This document shows, piece by piece, positions 36,375-47,600 of a stretch of 64,000 bases of DNA. The translations under genes and the position numbers were made by a program. Below the pieces are notes generated by a model that was given only the letters and a program-made list of their open reading frames with translations, was not told the origin of the DNA and made no database searches. The DNA comes from Paraphysomonas bandaiensis (Eukaryota; Protista; Chrysophyceae): positions 1 to 64,000 of the forward strand of contig CBFFRP010000153.1 of NCBI GenBank assembly GCA_965644295.1, given 5' to 3'. Numbering within the stretch: the stretch's first letter is position 1; the number at the start of each line of letters is the position of its first letter.

Positions 36375-37410
36375 ATGACAGATGTTGAAACTCGTTGGAA
36401 AAACTCAGCAGGAAGAATATGCTGGGGCTTGTGGTTCTGTGGGCTTTATGTTACTCAGCTAGGTGCAATATTATTCATTTTGCTTGTGGCATCTTTACTA
36501 GCACCGAACGACACTCTCACGGCCCTCCTTGGCACATTGCGTACTCCTTATGGCCCACTAGCTGCAAGCAGTTGGTTACAGGTCGCAGTCGCTTTTGGAA
36601 TGCATAGGTAAGTGTGCTTTGACAAAGCGGGATTTTATATAATATTCATGCAGCTTTGCTGACTTAAATACGGGTATGGCTATGATGAATCTCGCGAGGA
36701 ATGGTCCGTCCCGTCTTCCTCTTGAAATAACTGTTTGGAATTCTTCCCGCTTTGTGATCAGCATGCTTTGGGCACTCAAAATTGCACATGGTCTTTTTCA
36801 TATGACAATCAGCAAGCACCTATCTCCTGGACTTTCTCCGTACGCTCTCGGACTTATGGTTCTACTGGGAGTTGATGCCCTAATTATCCGTCCCTCTGCT
36901 GTCTACCTCCAAAGAGCTCTCAACGATGCGTACCCTCCCGTAAAACATTGCGAACTCAAAGACTCGTCCGAGCTGTCTTTCATACAGAAATGCTGTCGCT
37001 TCGTTTTCTTCTATGAGTCTGTGCTCTCAGGGGCGTCTGGAGCAGTCTATTTTATATTTCCGGAGCTGTTTGTTTACCTGTACGGGTATCCAGCCGGCGA
37101 TTCTGATCCAGTTGCTCTGTGGTGCCTCTCACAATTCGGCGTCCTTGTCATGACCTTCGGTTTATATCAAATGTCTTGTGAGATTGATCGCAATCGCGGC
37201 ATGGTGCTTTGGTGGCTGATTTTAGATATTGTTTGGTTGTATGTCTATTGGGATGGTACTGCAAGTCGCCTTGGCCCGTGGAACCCTTTCACCCTGACTG
37301 GTGCAAATTTTTGGTGTCACTCTGCATTTCATGCTGATAGTACTCTAGCACTAGCTCGTACATTGTTTTTACTTTCTCCAAGTAAGAAACCGAGTAAGAA
37401 GAGTGATTAG
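36375..37410 (+). CDS. Uncharacterised multi-pass membrane protein (2 exons)
   Basis: ATG at 36375 and a short GT-AG intron near 36608-36653 join two hydrophobic ORFs with several predicted TM segments. No recognised family. Confidence 0.65.
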
Positions 37411-39195
37411 CTTGTTCATGAGATTGCTACTTCAGCTATTATAACTACGGAACCGACTCTGTGTTGTCGACCCAATACAACAGACTAATGTGATGCATCA
37501 AGACTAATCATGCTCGTTTTTCATTTTCTTCTCTATCGTGGTGAATATTAAGTAGCTATTATTCTAGAGGTCCTCTCATTTGAGACAAATGAAAATGGTA
37601 ATAATGAAATATTTAACTCACGACGCAGCTGTAGCATGTTTATTATTGATGTGTCCTACGCACCATTTCATCTATTGTGGCCTGGGTAGCGATGAGACTA
37701 TTCTCCCATTCTTTTGCAACTTAGGCATGACAAAACTCTGTCTTGCTCTATAGTAATTAATATATTATTTGTTCAGGACATACACTGCAATAGGCAACCA
37801 ATGGTACATTGTTGGCCGACATCATTTATCTAGAGTGGTAAGAGACGACAAATTACTGTAGTTGTATACTTTTGATACAATAATTCTTATTACCATAACT
37901 CTAGAGGTAAGTTTAAGAATGTCAGTATATACACTGAATGCGGCTTTTTCTCACAGTCGACTTGGTATCTCTATTTTTTTAATGTCTCTCCTTATTGAAG
38001 AGATATTGTGGATCGAACTATCTAAGACTATATATGTCCTTTGTTTAGGAGCTAAAATATCTAAGCATGAAACACACATGTACAGGATAAACATCAGCAA
38101 GTATACAAAAACCAAAAAACATGCGTAACCCATTCCAAATTTTATGAACCACTCCAAATGGAGAGATCAGTCCCCATTGACAAAAATGCATCTGCCCATG
38201 TACCTTCTGGCACTACGTGTATGTCTGTGGTGGATGTAACCCTTTGTCTCTTTGCTGATGAACGTGCTGCACCGGCGTCATAATTCTTTCTCTTTGACAG
38301 ATCATGTGTAAAACATTTCCGATCATATTCTTGTTTGCTATACGTATAGCCATACGAAGATTCACATGAAAAGCGCACACATTTCTTCTTGCAAGCAAAA
38401 TCTTTTAGGACAAGTGTTGAAGGAGTGATTTCAGGTCTCATCGTAGGTGCAAAGTTGTTTGAAATAAAAGTCATTTGAGCGAACAATGGTATTTCTCTTA
38501 AGTGCATTAAATAAATATCGATATATCATTCGTTTGATGCCACTTTAAACCGTCATTTCTATGTAATGTAGCCGATTTCTTAAAAAGAAAGTGCTGGAAA
38601 CGTCCAAACGGTCTATTATGAACGCTGACACATGTACGCAGAATACTCACAGAATTCTTGTGGTCGTCAAGAAAGTGAGGAGAAATATTGAGCACCTACA
38701 AAAAATTCCACCAATATTACTAGCCAATTAATATTACACAGATGGATGTGAGTGGCTGTAGAAAAAACCCATTTTTGCACTGGATGACTTCCACAACTGA
38801 CACAAACACGAAAAAACATGTCGTTTTTTTGCGACGCTGTTTGTGACGACGACAAAAAACATACGACGGTTGTGGAAGTCATCCACAATGAAAATATAGG
38901 GAGTAATGTTTCATACACTACGGTACGTATTATTACACTACGGTGCACTTGTTCTTGACTGCACTCTCCAAGACACCCCCGTATACCACACGAATACCTT
39001 TATACAGAGGGCGTTGTTCAGAGATACGGCCAACACTGCAATGCACACGCCATCCGAGTACTTGTGCAGAGGTTCATCGGAAGCAGAAGAGAGACCAGTA
39101 GCATGCGAGAGAAGCTCATTCGAGTCCATTTCGTTTGTTTGGAAAAGTCACTTATCATCTTGACTGTATTTTAGTGCATCTCATCCACATCAGCC

Positions 39196-40748
39196 ATGGG
39201 TGCAGATATCTCTGTGTTTGAGGAGGATCAGCTAGAAAATGACTTGGAATTTTTATGCAAGAACGAGTCATTAGTGGACTTATTCAAGCGAACACTTTCG
39301 GGAATGACGGAAGTATTAACTCAGCCAAAGAGACTGGAGTACAATTCTGCACTACTAACAGATGATCGTGTGAAAGGCTATTCTGTTGAAGAGTTTAAGT
39401 ATTCCTGCAGCGATGGAGTGGCGTTGCATTGTGCGAAATGGGTCCGTAATAACAAATCCGATGTGTGCATAATTTATTTGCACACCAATATGCGGGCGCT
39501 TCTTGATGCAACCGAAGTGTTACCCTTGTGTAATTTATTAGATGCAAACTTACTAGCATTTGATATGAGGGGATGTGGTAAGAGTGAAGGCACTTTATCA
39601 CTAAACATGGCAACGTTTTTAGGAGATATTGTCCAGTCGATGCTCGAAAATAACCCGAATTTGAATGTTGTTATATGGTCGCGTGGAATAGCCACTCATG
39701 TGGCTATTGAATACGTAAGCAGTGCCCGTCTGACTTCTAACGTCAAGTTCCTAGTGCTTGATTCGCCGTTTACGTCTGTGGAAGACATTGTGTCTAACAA
39801 AGCATCGTCCATTCAGACATTTGGTATCACTGTACCTTCCGTGTTTGTAAAATTTGCAGTTCAGATGGTACGTCGTAGTGTACGTTCACAAATTGGTGGG
39901 GATCCGTATTCGGTTAGGCCTATCAGACGTGTTCCGAGTGCTAGGGTTCCTTGTTTCATTCTATCCGCTGATGATGACGAATATATACCCGATGAAATGG
40001 GACATGAAATTGCTGCCACTTGGAATCGGTCTGTTCCATCATGGCATCGGGAGTTCCCTGGACAGCATTTTGGAGAGAGAGACGAGTGCCTAGTTCTTAC
40101 CCCTCTGGAAAAAATCATCTCGGTCCTCCAACAGCAGGACTCCCCAGTTCTTGATGAGGTATGACACTCTTTACTTCATTATTAGCATCACACTGTGAAA
40201 TTGCAATATATCCTCTCTGTGTTATTTCAATTAAATGGTGTGTGGTATTGTAATCCTATTTGACCTTTCTATTTCTGATAATGGTGGTTTATTGTTGACA
40301 GCTAACAGAACTGGATACACTGCGCCAATTGGAATCGAACGTTACAGAAACTGACATATGGAGTGAAACCATTGAGGAAGAAAAGTCCAATGAGGCTAAC
40401 AGGGAACACGAATCACATGAAGGCAACGATGCCGCTGATATACCCATGTCTAAGCCGTCGTCCCCATTAAAGGATAACACCAATTCACATACTAATTCTC
40501 AGTCATCGACAACCCTCTCATCATCTCTGTCCCTCCCTGTGTGGAGGTCTGATAGCACTGTTCACAGCTGTGAGATCTGTTCCACTCCCTTCACGCTCAT
40601 GTATCGCAGACATCACTGTCGCAGATGTGGATCTGTTGTCTGCGACGGCTGCTCGAAGCACAGAGTTTTGCTGACACATGTGGACAAATGTAACCCCGTG
40701 CGCGTATGTGATGAATGTAACAACCAATATCATTTATCACAGTTATAG
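39196..40748 (+). CDS. Alpha/beta-hydrolase-fold protein fused to a C-terminal FYVE zinc finger
   Basis: IIYLH, FDMRGCGKSEG, LVLDSPFTS. Intron 40159-40301 joins in frame to WRSD...CEIC...RRHHCRRCG...C...C...RVCDEC. Confidence 0.85.
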
Positions 40749-41418
40749 ACACAGAATATGTAGAGGAGTGTGGTATTCGTTAGCAGGTTATAGAAATTAC
40801 TTAAAAGTGAGAAGTGACCATTTTACATATTATTGTATTTCGACGTATTGGATGTCATAGTATTTGGTAGTGTACTGGTTTGTCATGTCAATTTGATAAT
40901 TATTATTCTCAATACAATTGCATAAATTAAATATGGAGGATTATCGATTCGTTGTGGGTATGTATAGTTTTTCTGGATATTGAATGGCGAAGTAGATAAT
41001 CGGACAAATAACTGGATAAGTTAGCTCGATAACACGATTCCCTCCTCTACGATAGCCACAAAAGACATGAGTACTTCTCAATTGATATATAGTACACAGA
41101 ACCAGACTACTGGATAAGGGCCCCTCAACATTAAGATTCATTGATTCACGTATTCCTTAACGCGTGAATACAACACATGTATACAATGAAATATCAAATA
41201 GACTGAATAATTACCAAACTATACAAGATATAAAATATAAATAAGAGACTGTACAAGATACACACATGTAAGTGATGCTAACGCTCTGTTCAAACGTGTC
41301 TTGCTATCATACTATTAGAGTTATCCTTCATGTAAAGTTTATATATAATCAATCTTACCTCTAGTAATACGAAGTGTATCTTTACTAAAAATACTAAGAC
41401 TAGCTATAATTCTTATTT

Positions 41419-41500
41419 CTCAACACAGTCAAACTCGCACCTTTCATGGGTGTTCTGGGGGATAAGTACCAGAGATAATTCTCCAGGAAACTAACGTGAG
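41419..41500 (+). mobile_element. Head-only fragment of the SINE-like element (ribozyme-like region)
   Basis: CTCAACACAGTC...CTCGCACCTTTCATGGGTGTTCTGGGGGATAAGTACC...GAAACTAACGTGAG. Confidence 0.75.
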
Positions 41501-41525
41501 AGTCAGACCTTATTTAGGGTTAAAC

Positions 41526-41569
41526 CAGGGCCTGGTAACCATGAATGGCCCATTAATGGTAGTCCAGTT
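41526..41569 (-). mobile_element. Isolated terminal fragment of the hAT family at 18168
   Basis: CAGGGCCTGGTAACCATGAATGGCCCATTAATGGTAGTCCAGTT: the same TIR plus the reverse complement of the AACTGGACTACCATTAATGGGCCA subterminal block. Confidence 0.8.
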
Positions 41570-41595
41570 TTAAACCCGGCGATTATTATTTAAAC

Positions 41596-42041
41596 CTGCT
41601 GATATCCTACTTTTTAATGCTACGAAGCTACTTGTGTGTCACCGCAAGCATCAAAAGGAGCAATCACTCTTGCTCTATCACTCAAAGCAAACGCAATGTG
41701 AGCAAGCAGATTGTTGATATAACACCTCTAACATCTGCTGACTTCATGGTTTATGAGCCCTTAAAATCAAACCTCCCAATACCTCGCTTACCTTTCAGGT
41801 GGGCCCCGTCCCGGATGCCTGTTTGTTTTCGTCAAGGCCCAAAGACGTCTATACACAAGTGGCGCTTATATGTAAGTGTCCCTTGTACCCTTTTGTACCA
41901 CACAAGCATTTGGCTATGAGTAGGCAGAACGTTATCTGCTGTCTACATGTTTGCGGCTCACGTTAGTTTCCCGAAGAAATGTCTCCAGTATTTATCCCCC
42001 AAAACACACGAAAAGGTGCGTGTAAACTTTGTTAATAAGGG
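41596..42041 (-). mobile_element. SINE-like copy, minus strand
   Basis: Reverse complement contains GCACCTTTTCGTG...GAAACTAACGTGAGCC...GGCATCCGGGA...TGCTTGCGGTGACACACAAG. Confidence 0.8.
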
Positions 42042-42875
42042 TAAACTTCTTATATAGACGATCTAATACATAAAATCTGAACTATAAAAGAGGAGGAAAC
42101 TCTGAACACCTGGAATGAGACTGGAAGTGTGAAATATTAATCTAAAAGCATGCACAACAGCAACTCTTTACAGGAGTTACCACAGGCACTAGAAGTGAGA
42201 TTTCTTCTTGTTGAGAATAATACAATACACACAAGCAAGGATCACAAAAAGCTCAATTAAATGAATATTACCTCAAGTCAGTCCGGAGCGTTGAATTTAG
42301 GTTTTGAAGTCACGGAAGACGACAAACTCACCAGGCTAAAGGCAGCCTCACTGATAAGAGATATTCCGCTAGCCCGCAGTCTGTACATATTAAGAAAGAG
42401 CAAGCAGCCTAATCAAATTCAAAGTTCAGCAGGGGAAGACAGTGCCAGTTAACCAGTGGATGATGGTAAGTGGAAAGAGCACAACAGAGAAAGGGTAGAT
42501 GCAATGAGTGTAAGAAGCTATTGTAAAAATAATGTAAGAACGTTCCGCCACAAAGCAGTAGTTCTACATGACGGTATTATTTAGGTTGTCATTCACTCTG
42601 AAGATATATTATACATAACATCGTGTTAAATTACTTGCTCGCTAGATGTACATATAAAGATTATAGTGATAATGACTTTCAATCACACAACATTTTACTT
42701 CATAAATATCAATGCTTCATTGTATTCTACAGCCAAAGAGCAACCGAACTTTAATGTGTGTGGTTGTGTTGATCAGTTATACATCGATATATCAAGAATA
42801 CAGAATGTGGTAAGTTACAAGACTGCCAGCTTTCTGGCTGCTTTGTACCAGAATGTTTAACAACAGCCGTCTAGC

Positions 42876-44306
42876 TTACTGTTCACGAGAAATATATTTT
42901 AGTAGTTGCCTTTCCCTAACCATAATTGCATCCGCTACTTCGTAAAATCCATTATCATAAGCGAACCTATAGGGCGTAAAACCATCTCTATCCGGTACCA
43001 TGTGCTCCAATCCTAACCCCCCCCCACCTTGAGATTCTGGTAACAAAAGCCATTCACACATTTCCAGCTGTCCCTTCATTGCAGCTTTATGAAGAGCACT
43101 GTGGCCATTGTCGTTGAGAACCTTTACGTCTAGTCCTTCGTTATGAAGGTAGGTGGCAATACGCATATTTCCACTGAGAGCGCACCACTGAGAGGCATTA
43201 CAACCATAGGAATTAAGAATCCCAATCGAACAATGACCCACCTCTACTAACCATTGCACTGCTTCTATTTGATTGTTCCACACAGCATAATGCAGTGCCG
43301 TTGTTCCATCTTCGGTGGGTATATCAACATCGACGCGCATATCCACAAGTAGCCATTCCATGACTGATAAGTGACCATTGCGAGCTGCCCAATGCAGTGC
43401 ATGGCGCCTTCTACCAGGCTTTCCCCTTAGTGTATTAACACACATGCTGCATGTCGCATGCAGATACTTGCATATATCTATGTGCCCTCCGCCAGCAGCC
43501 CAACACATACCACTACTACCGTTCGAATCCAAAGTCTCTCTCGGGTCGTACTGTCTACTATCAACAAGATTGCGTAAATCTCCCAGGTTTCCTAGTTTGC
43601 ACGCTTCCAATCCTGGGTGCATCGTATGACGAGAGGCCTCGATTCGAATGACTTCCTCGTCCCACTGAGCAATGTCCTCGGATGGTGCTGTGTATAATAC
43701 CATTTGCCACTCCACGCAGCGCACGTTTTCTTGTGCATCCTTGTACTCTGTTCCGTGCTCCAACACCTGGTGCATACGTACCGCCCTACCACCATTAAAG
43801 AACATGCCACATTCAGAACATGGTAGACGGCCAAATACACTATGCCAATCCATATGATACTTAGTTGTAATCACAATGCAGCCATGCTTGCCGACGAACC
43901 TCACATCTGCAACAATTGAGCCATCATCACAATCCACCAAATGATGTACAATGGATTCGGCAACTTCTTGTGCATTCTTATAACAATATACCCTCTTCAA
44001 TCCCCACTCAGATACAGTTTCGACCTCCATGAAGCAGTCTTCATTTCGAGATTCGTGTAAGCCTCGTCTCATACTCTCACTCCTCTTAAGACCAATACAT
44101 CTACGAAATATCGCTTTCGCACAGCTGCACTGAAAGTCTCCAGCAACATTCCACATCTTGTTAGGCTTTAATTCACTCCCACCACTGTCGATAATATCAC
44201 AGTAAACAGGACCACAAGCTGATGAAATGCTTCTCTTCAATAGTCTGCGGAGATCGGGCAGGTATCGAATGGACCGGGGCACTGCTTCTGCTTCCATACC
44301 ACCCAT
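42876..44306 (-). CDS. Ankyrin-repeat protein with a C2H2 zinc finger and an N-terminal region resembling the arginyl-tRNA synthetase N-terminal domain
   Basis: About 5 ankyrin repeats (ALHWAARNGH, TALHYAVWNN, SALHKAAMKG). C2H2: CSECG...H-x4-H. N-terminal GDFQCSCA...AQEVAESIVHHL...VRFVGKHGCIVI. Confidence 0.8.
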   Translation of the reverse strand: MGGMEAEAVPRSIRYLPDLRRLLKRSISSACGPVYCDIIDSGGSELKPNKMWNVAGDFQCSCAKAIFRRCIGLKRSESMRRGLHESRNEDCFMEVETVSEWGLKRVYCYKNAQEVAESIVHHLVDCDDGSIVADVRFVGKHGCIVITTKYHMDWHSVFGRLPCSECGMFFNGGRAVRMHQVLEHGTEYKDAQENVRCVEWQMVLYTAPSEDIAQWDEEVIRIEASRHTMHPGLEACKLGNLGDLRNLVDSRQYDPRETLDSNGSSGMCWAAGGGHIDICKYLHATCSMCVNTLRGKPGRRRHALHWAARNGHLSVMEWLLVDMRVDVDIPTEDGTTALHYAVWNNQIEAVQWLVEVGHCSIGILNSYGCNASQWCALSGNMRIATYLHNEGLDVKVLNDNGHSALHKAAMKGQLEMCEWLLLPESQGGGGLGLEHMVPDRDGFTPYRFAYDNGFYEVADAIMVRERQLLKYISREQ

Positions 44307-44537
44307 TATAATATTGCGCTATCCATCCACGGTGTCCAGTGTCGATTAACCCTCCCATGATACCACCACCAGCCAGTGCTAACACTGCTGTGTGTCTTCC
44401 GCAAGAGCTGATTCGATAGTAATGTATACGATGGAATACCACGGAATACCTCACCTCCCAGTACATCATACACATGGAATACACTGCTAGCTAAGTGCAG
44501 ATGTGATGCAGCGCTGAGGTGAAGTTAAGTTCTGACT

Positions 44538-44565
44538 GACAGACAGACAGACAGACAGACAGACG
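44538..44565. repeat. (GACA)n microsatellite in a divergent promoter region
   Basis: About 7 tandem GACA units. Confidence 0.85.
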
Positions 44566-44625
44566 GATATATCACAGCTGTCTGCGTCACTGCGTTCGAT
44601 CATCTCCTTAGATTGTGCGTTCATT

Positions 44626-47600
44626 ATGTTGAAGCCGCGCCGGAAGGGATCCAAAGTCTCCCCTTTGAAGTATTGTATTCTCTTTATTCTGGTTATATTT
44701 GTGGCCGTTCAAGTGGCCTTGATAGTGTTTAGATCATACGGACAACATGAAGCAGTGTCTAGCAGAGGTACTTCGCGTTCTAATGTTCCTCCACACCATT
44801 CTTTAAACCACGCTGCCATGAAACATTCTGAAACATTAAAGCAGCGCTTACATGGGCATGCAACCCCTCCACTTAAATTGGGTGGAATAGTAAGCAATCG
44901 TGATCATAAATCACCGATCACTGATTCTGGAGAGATATTAGAAAATAGTTATAATAATGCTCGAGCTTCAGCGTCACAAAAAGCCATTGATACATTGTCA
45001 TTGCCTGCTGTGTCTCTTGATGAAAGCGAACTTATCTTGAACTCAATAATAGAGCGCACGTCTGATTCTTGGGGGCTTCATTTGACGACTTTCTTTGTTT
45101 CAAGAGCAATGTTAGATCCAGAGGAGTTTCGTGCGAACAAAGCACATCGTATACGCCAAGCGAATATCTCTACGTGGAATCGAATTATCAATAAACTTCA
45201 AAAGGTGGAGTACTTGACGAATGGCCGTCGATCCCCCACAAAGGAATACTTTTGTCGCTTGACCCATCAAAAAGGTGCTACAACATATGTATCCCAGGGA
45301 TACTTTCTTCCAAATCGTCAGACTACCGATTCGAATGCTAATCGACGACAAGATATATTGCGGTGTCCAATGGAGGATACTCAGCAAGCTTACCACGACC
45401 TTGCGAGATCATCCCACCACCTCTCCGTAGAGATTCTGAGAGAAGACGATGTAATAGCTCGGTTTACTGTACCGTAAGTGCACACCTGCATTCAGTTTTA
45501 TGCTCATTCTATGACACATCTGTTTGGTTTACTTGCCTAATTTTATTGTATGTAATCGTCCTTTCATGAATACAGGTGGAACACACGCCGCACTGGCTAC
45601 TTGCTATCATCTCCCCCGGAGGCCTCTCGCTTTGATGCATGGAAGGGGTACACCCCACCAACCCCAGGAATAACCTTTCCAAAACCGTCCAGCCGCCATT
45701 CCAAAGGTGATGACATATATCTCTGCACACCGAACTATGGGTATATGGCGAAGGACAAGAAATTATATCGAATCATAGAGTTCATTCAACATCACAGTTT
45801 GCTGGGTGTCAATCATATATTTCTCTCATCGGAGTATGCATGGGGGTCTCATGGGATGCGTACACTACTCGCTGCCCTAACTGACTACATCTCTGAAGGA
45901 AGTGTGTCTATATCTTCTGAAGCTGGTGATAATATTAATTTACTCGGCAGCACGGAGGGGATCTTATGGCACCCTATATCTCTTATGAATTTCCATTTGA
46001 ATAGCTGCCTTTTCTTATCTAAAGGTACCGCTGATTATGTGGGTGTCTGGGATTTAGACGAGTTTTTTATTCCGAAATTTCCACATAATACTTTGATGGA
46101 TGTCATTCACTCTGCCACTAAACCGCCGGGAATAAAACTAACACCTGATAAAGTCAACTCGTCAACCACACTTGCTACCTGGCATGGTGGACAGGGCTGG
46201 GCGGATGGTGATGGCCACCCATTTTGTTACATGTCGCTGTTCACGCAGGAGCTGCACCCGAGCGTTCCGTTGGTACGAGCATTTACCGAGGCAGAGCGGA
46301 CTCACCCTTGGCTCAGCAGATACTATATATCAACCCCGAATCGCCCTCCATCTACACCCTCGCAGTCTATTCTCCCTACTGACACAATATTCCAAGGTGG
46401 CATGCATGTATCCGGTGCGTGTCGGCTGTCGTGGGAATGGACTGGTTGTGATGGCGAGGAACCAAGTGGTTATCGTGACCACGACGCAGGCTCTTTTTGT
46501 TACTCTTCTGCTTCTAATGCGGGATATCTGGAGGAACAATTTGCGACTTTGGACTCGCGGTTTCCAGCGGAACAACGAATAGATTATGTGGTTTTTGACC
46601 GCGATGTCAAGCGCATTGACATGAACACACAAGGTGTGTTGTATAAAACTCTTCCTCATGTATCACCTCGTAAGGGTGGAGGAACAAACGATTACGTGTC
46701 GAGATTTTCTCCAGGAGTTGAGGAGGAATTGCGGACCCGCTATCGAACTCACGAATTATATGCACTTACGTTGCCTTTCGATGAAGATCTGGAATCAGAC
46801 GCTGCTTTTAAATCACAATGGCAACTATTTGAAGAAACTTTTAAACCAGCATTCACTGGGGAATCATCAGAACAGGTTCTTTCATCTGCTTCTGAAAATG
46901 GGGTGCAGCAACCGCGAGGATTGGATTTTCCTGACGATTTTGCTCAAGATAACGTTCTCGAGAAGCCACCTCGATACTATTTACCTGCTTTCGCTACTGA
47001 CTACACAGATATTGCTTTAGGATCTCTAATAGAACGTGCTCATGACTCTTGGAACTTACACTTAACAACGTTTTTTCTTTCTCATAACTTGTTATGGGAA
47101 CCCGCCAAAGGGTATGGAATGCGAAGAGTAGGAAAAACTAATATGGAAAAGTGGAAAATGGCTATGAAAAAGTTTAACTCTACACAGTATGAATTGAGTG
47201 GAATACGAAGCAAGTCCAACGGTGTGTACAAGTGTCGGATATCGAACACTATATCATCCAAGGCGTATGAAGTGGAAGGACATTTTATGCCTAATTCTCT
47301 CACACCTGACCTGAACGCGAACAAGAGAGTAGATATATTTAGATGTAAAATCAAAGACCCGCAAGATTGCTATCGCCGATTGACATCTTCTGACGAACAG
47401 CTTAATGTGGAAATCATTCGGAACGACGTCTCCCTATTTCACTTTAGGGTACCATGGAAAACGAGACGTCATGGGTTTCTCTTGTCAAATCCATCTGCGG
47501 CAAATAGCTTTCAAGCATGGAAAGGGTATGACCCACACGCGCCTAATGGCACAATGCCGGGGACCAAGGGAGGAGATAGTTTATATATGACAGTACCGGG

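Noticed and set aside
37500-38950. Cluster of short minus-strand ORFs
   Set aside because: Possibly a decayed gene or TE, but I could not identify any motif, terminus or splice pattern.
41617-41919. Short ORFs overlapping SINE copies (also 13258..13455, 20867..21082, 56765..56995)
   Set aside because: They are antisense to the element, and the frames are not conserved between copies.
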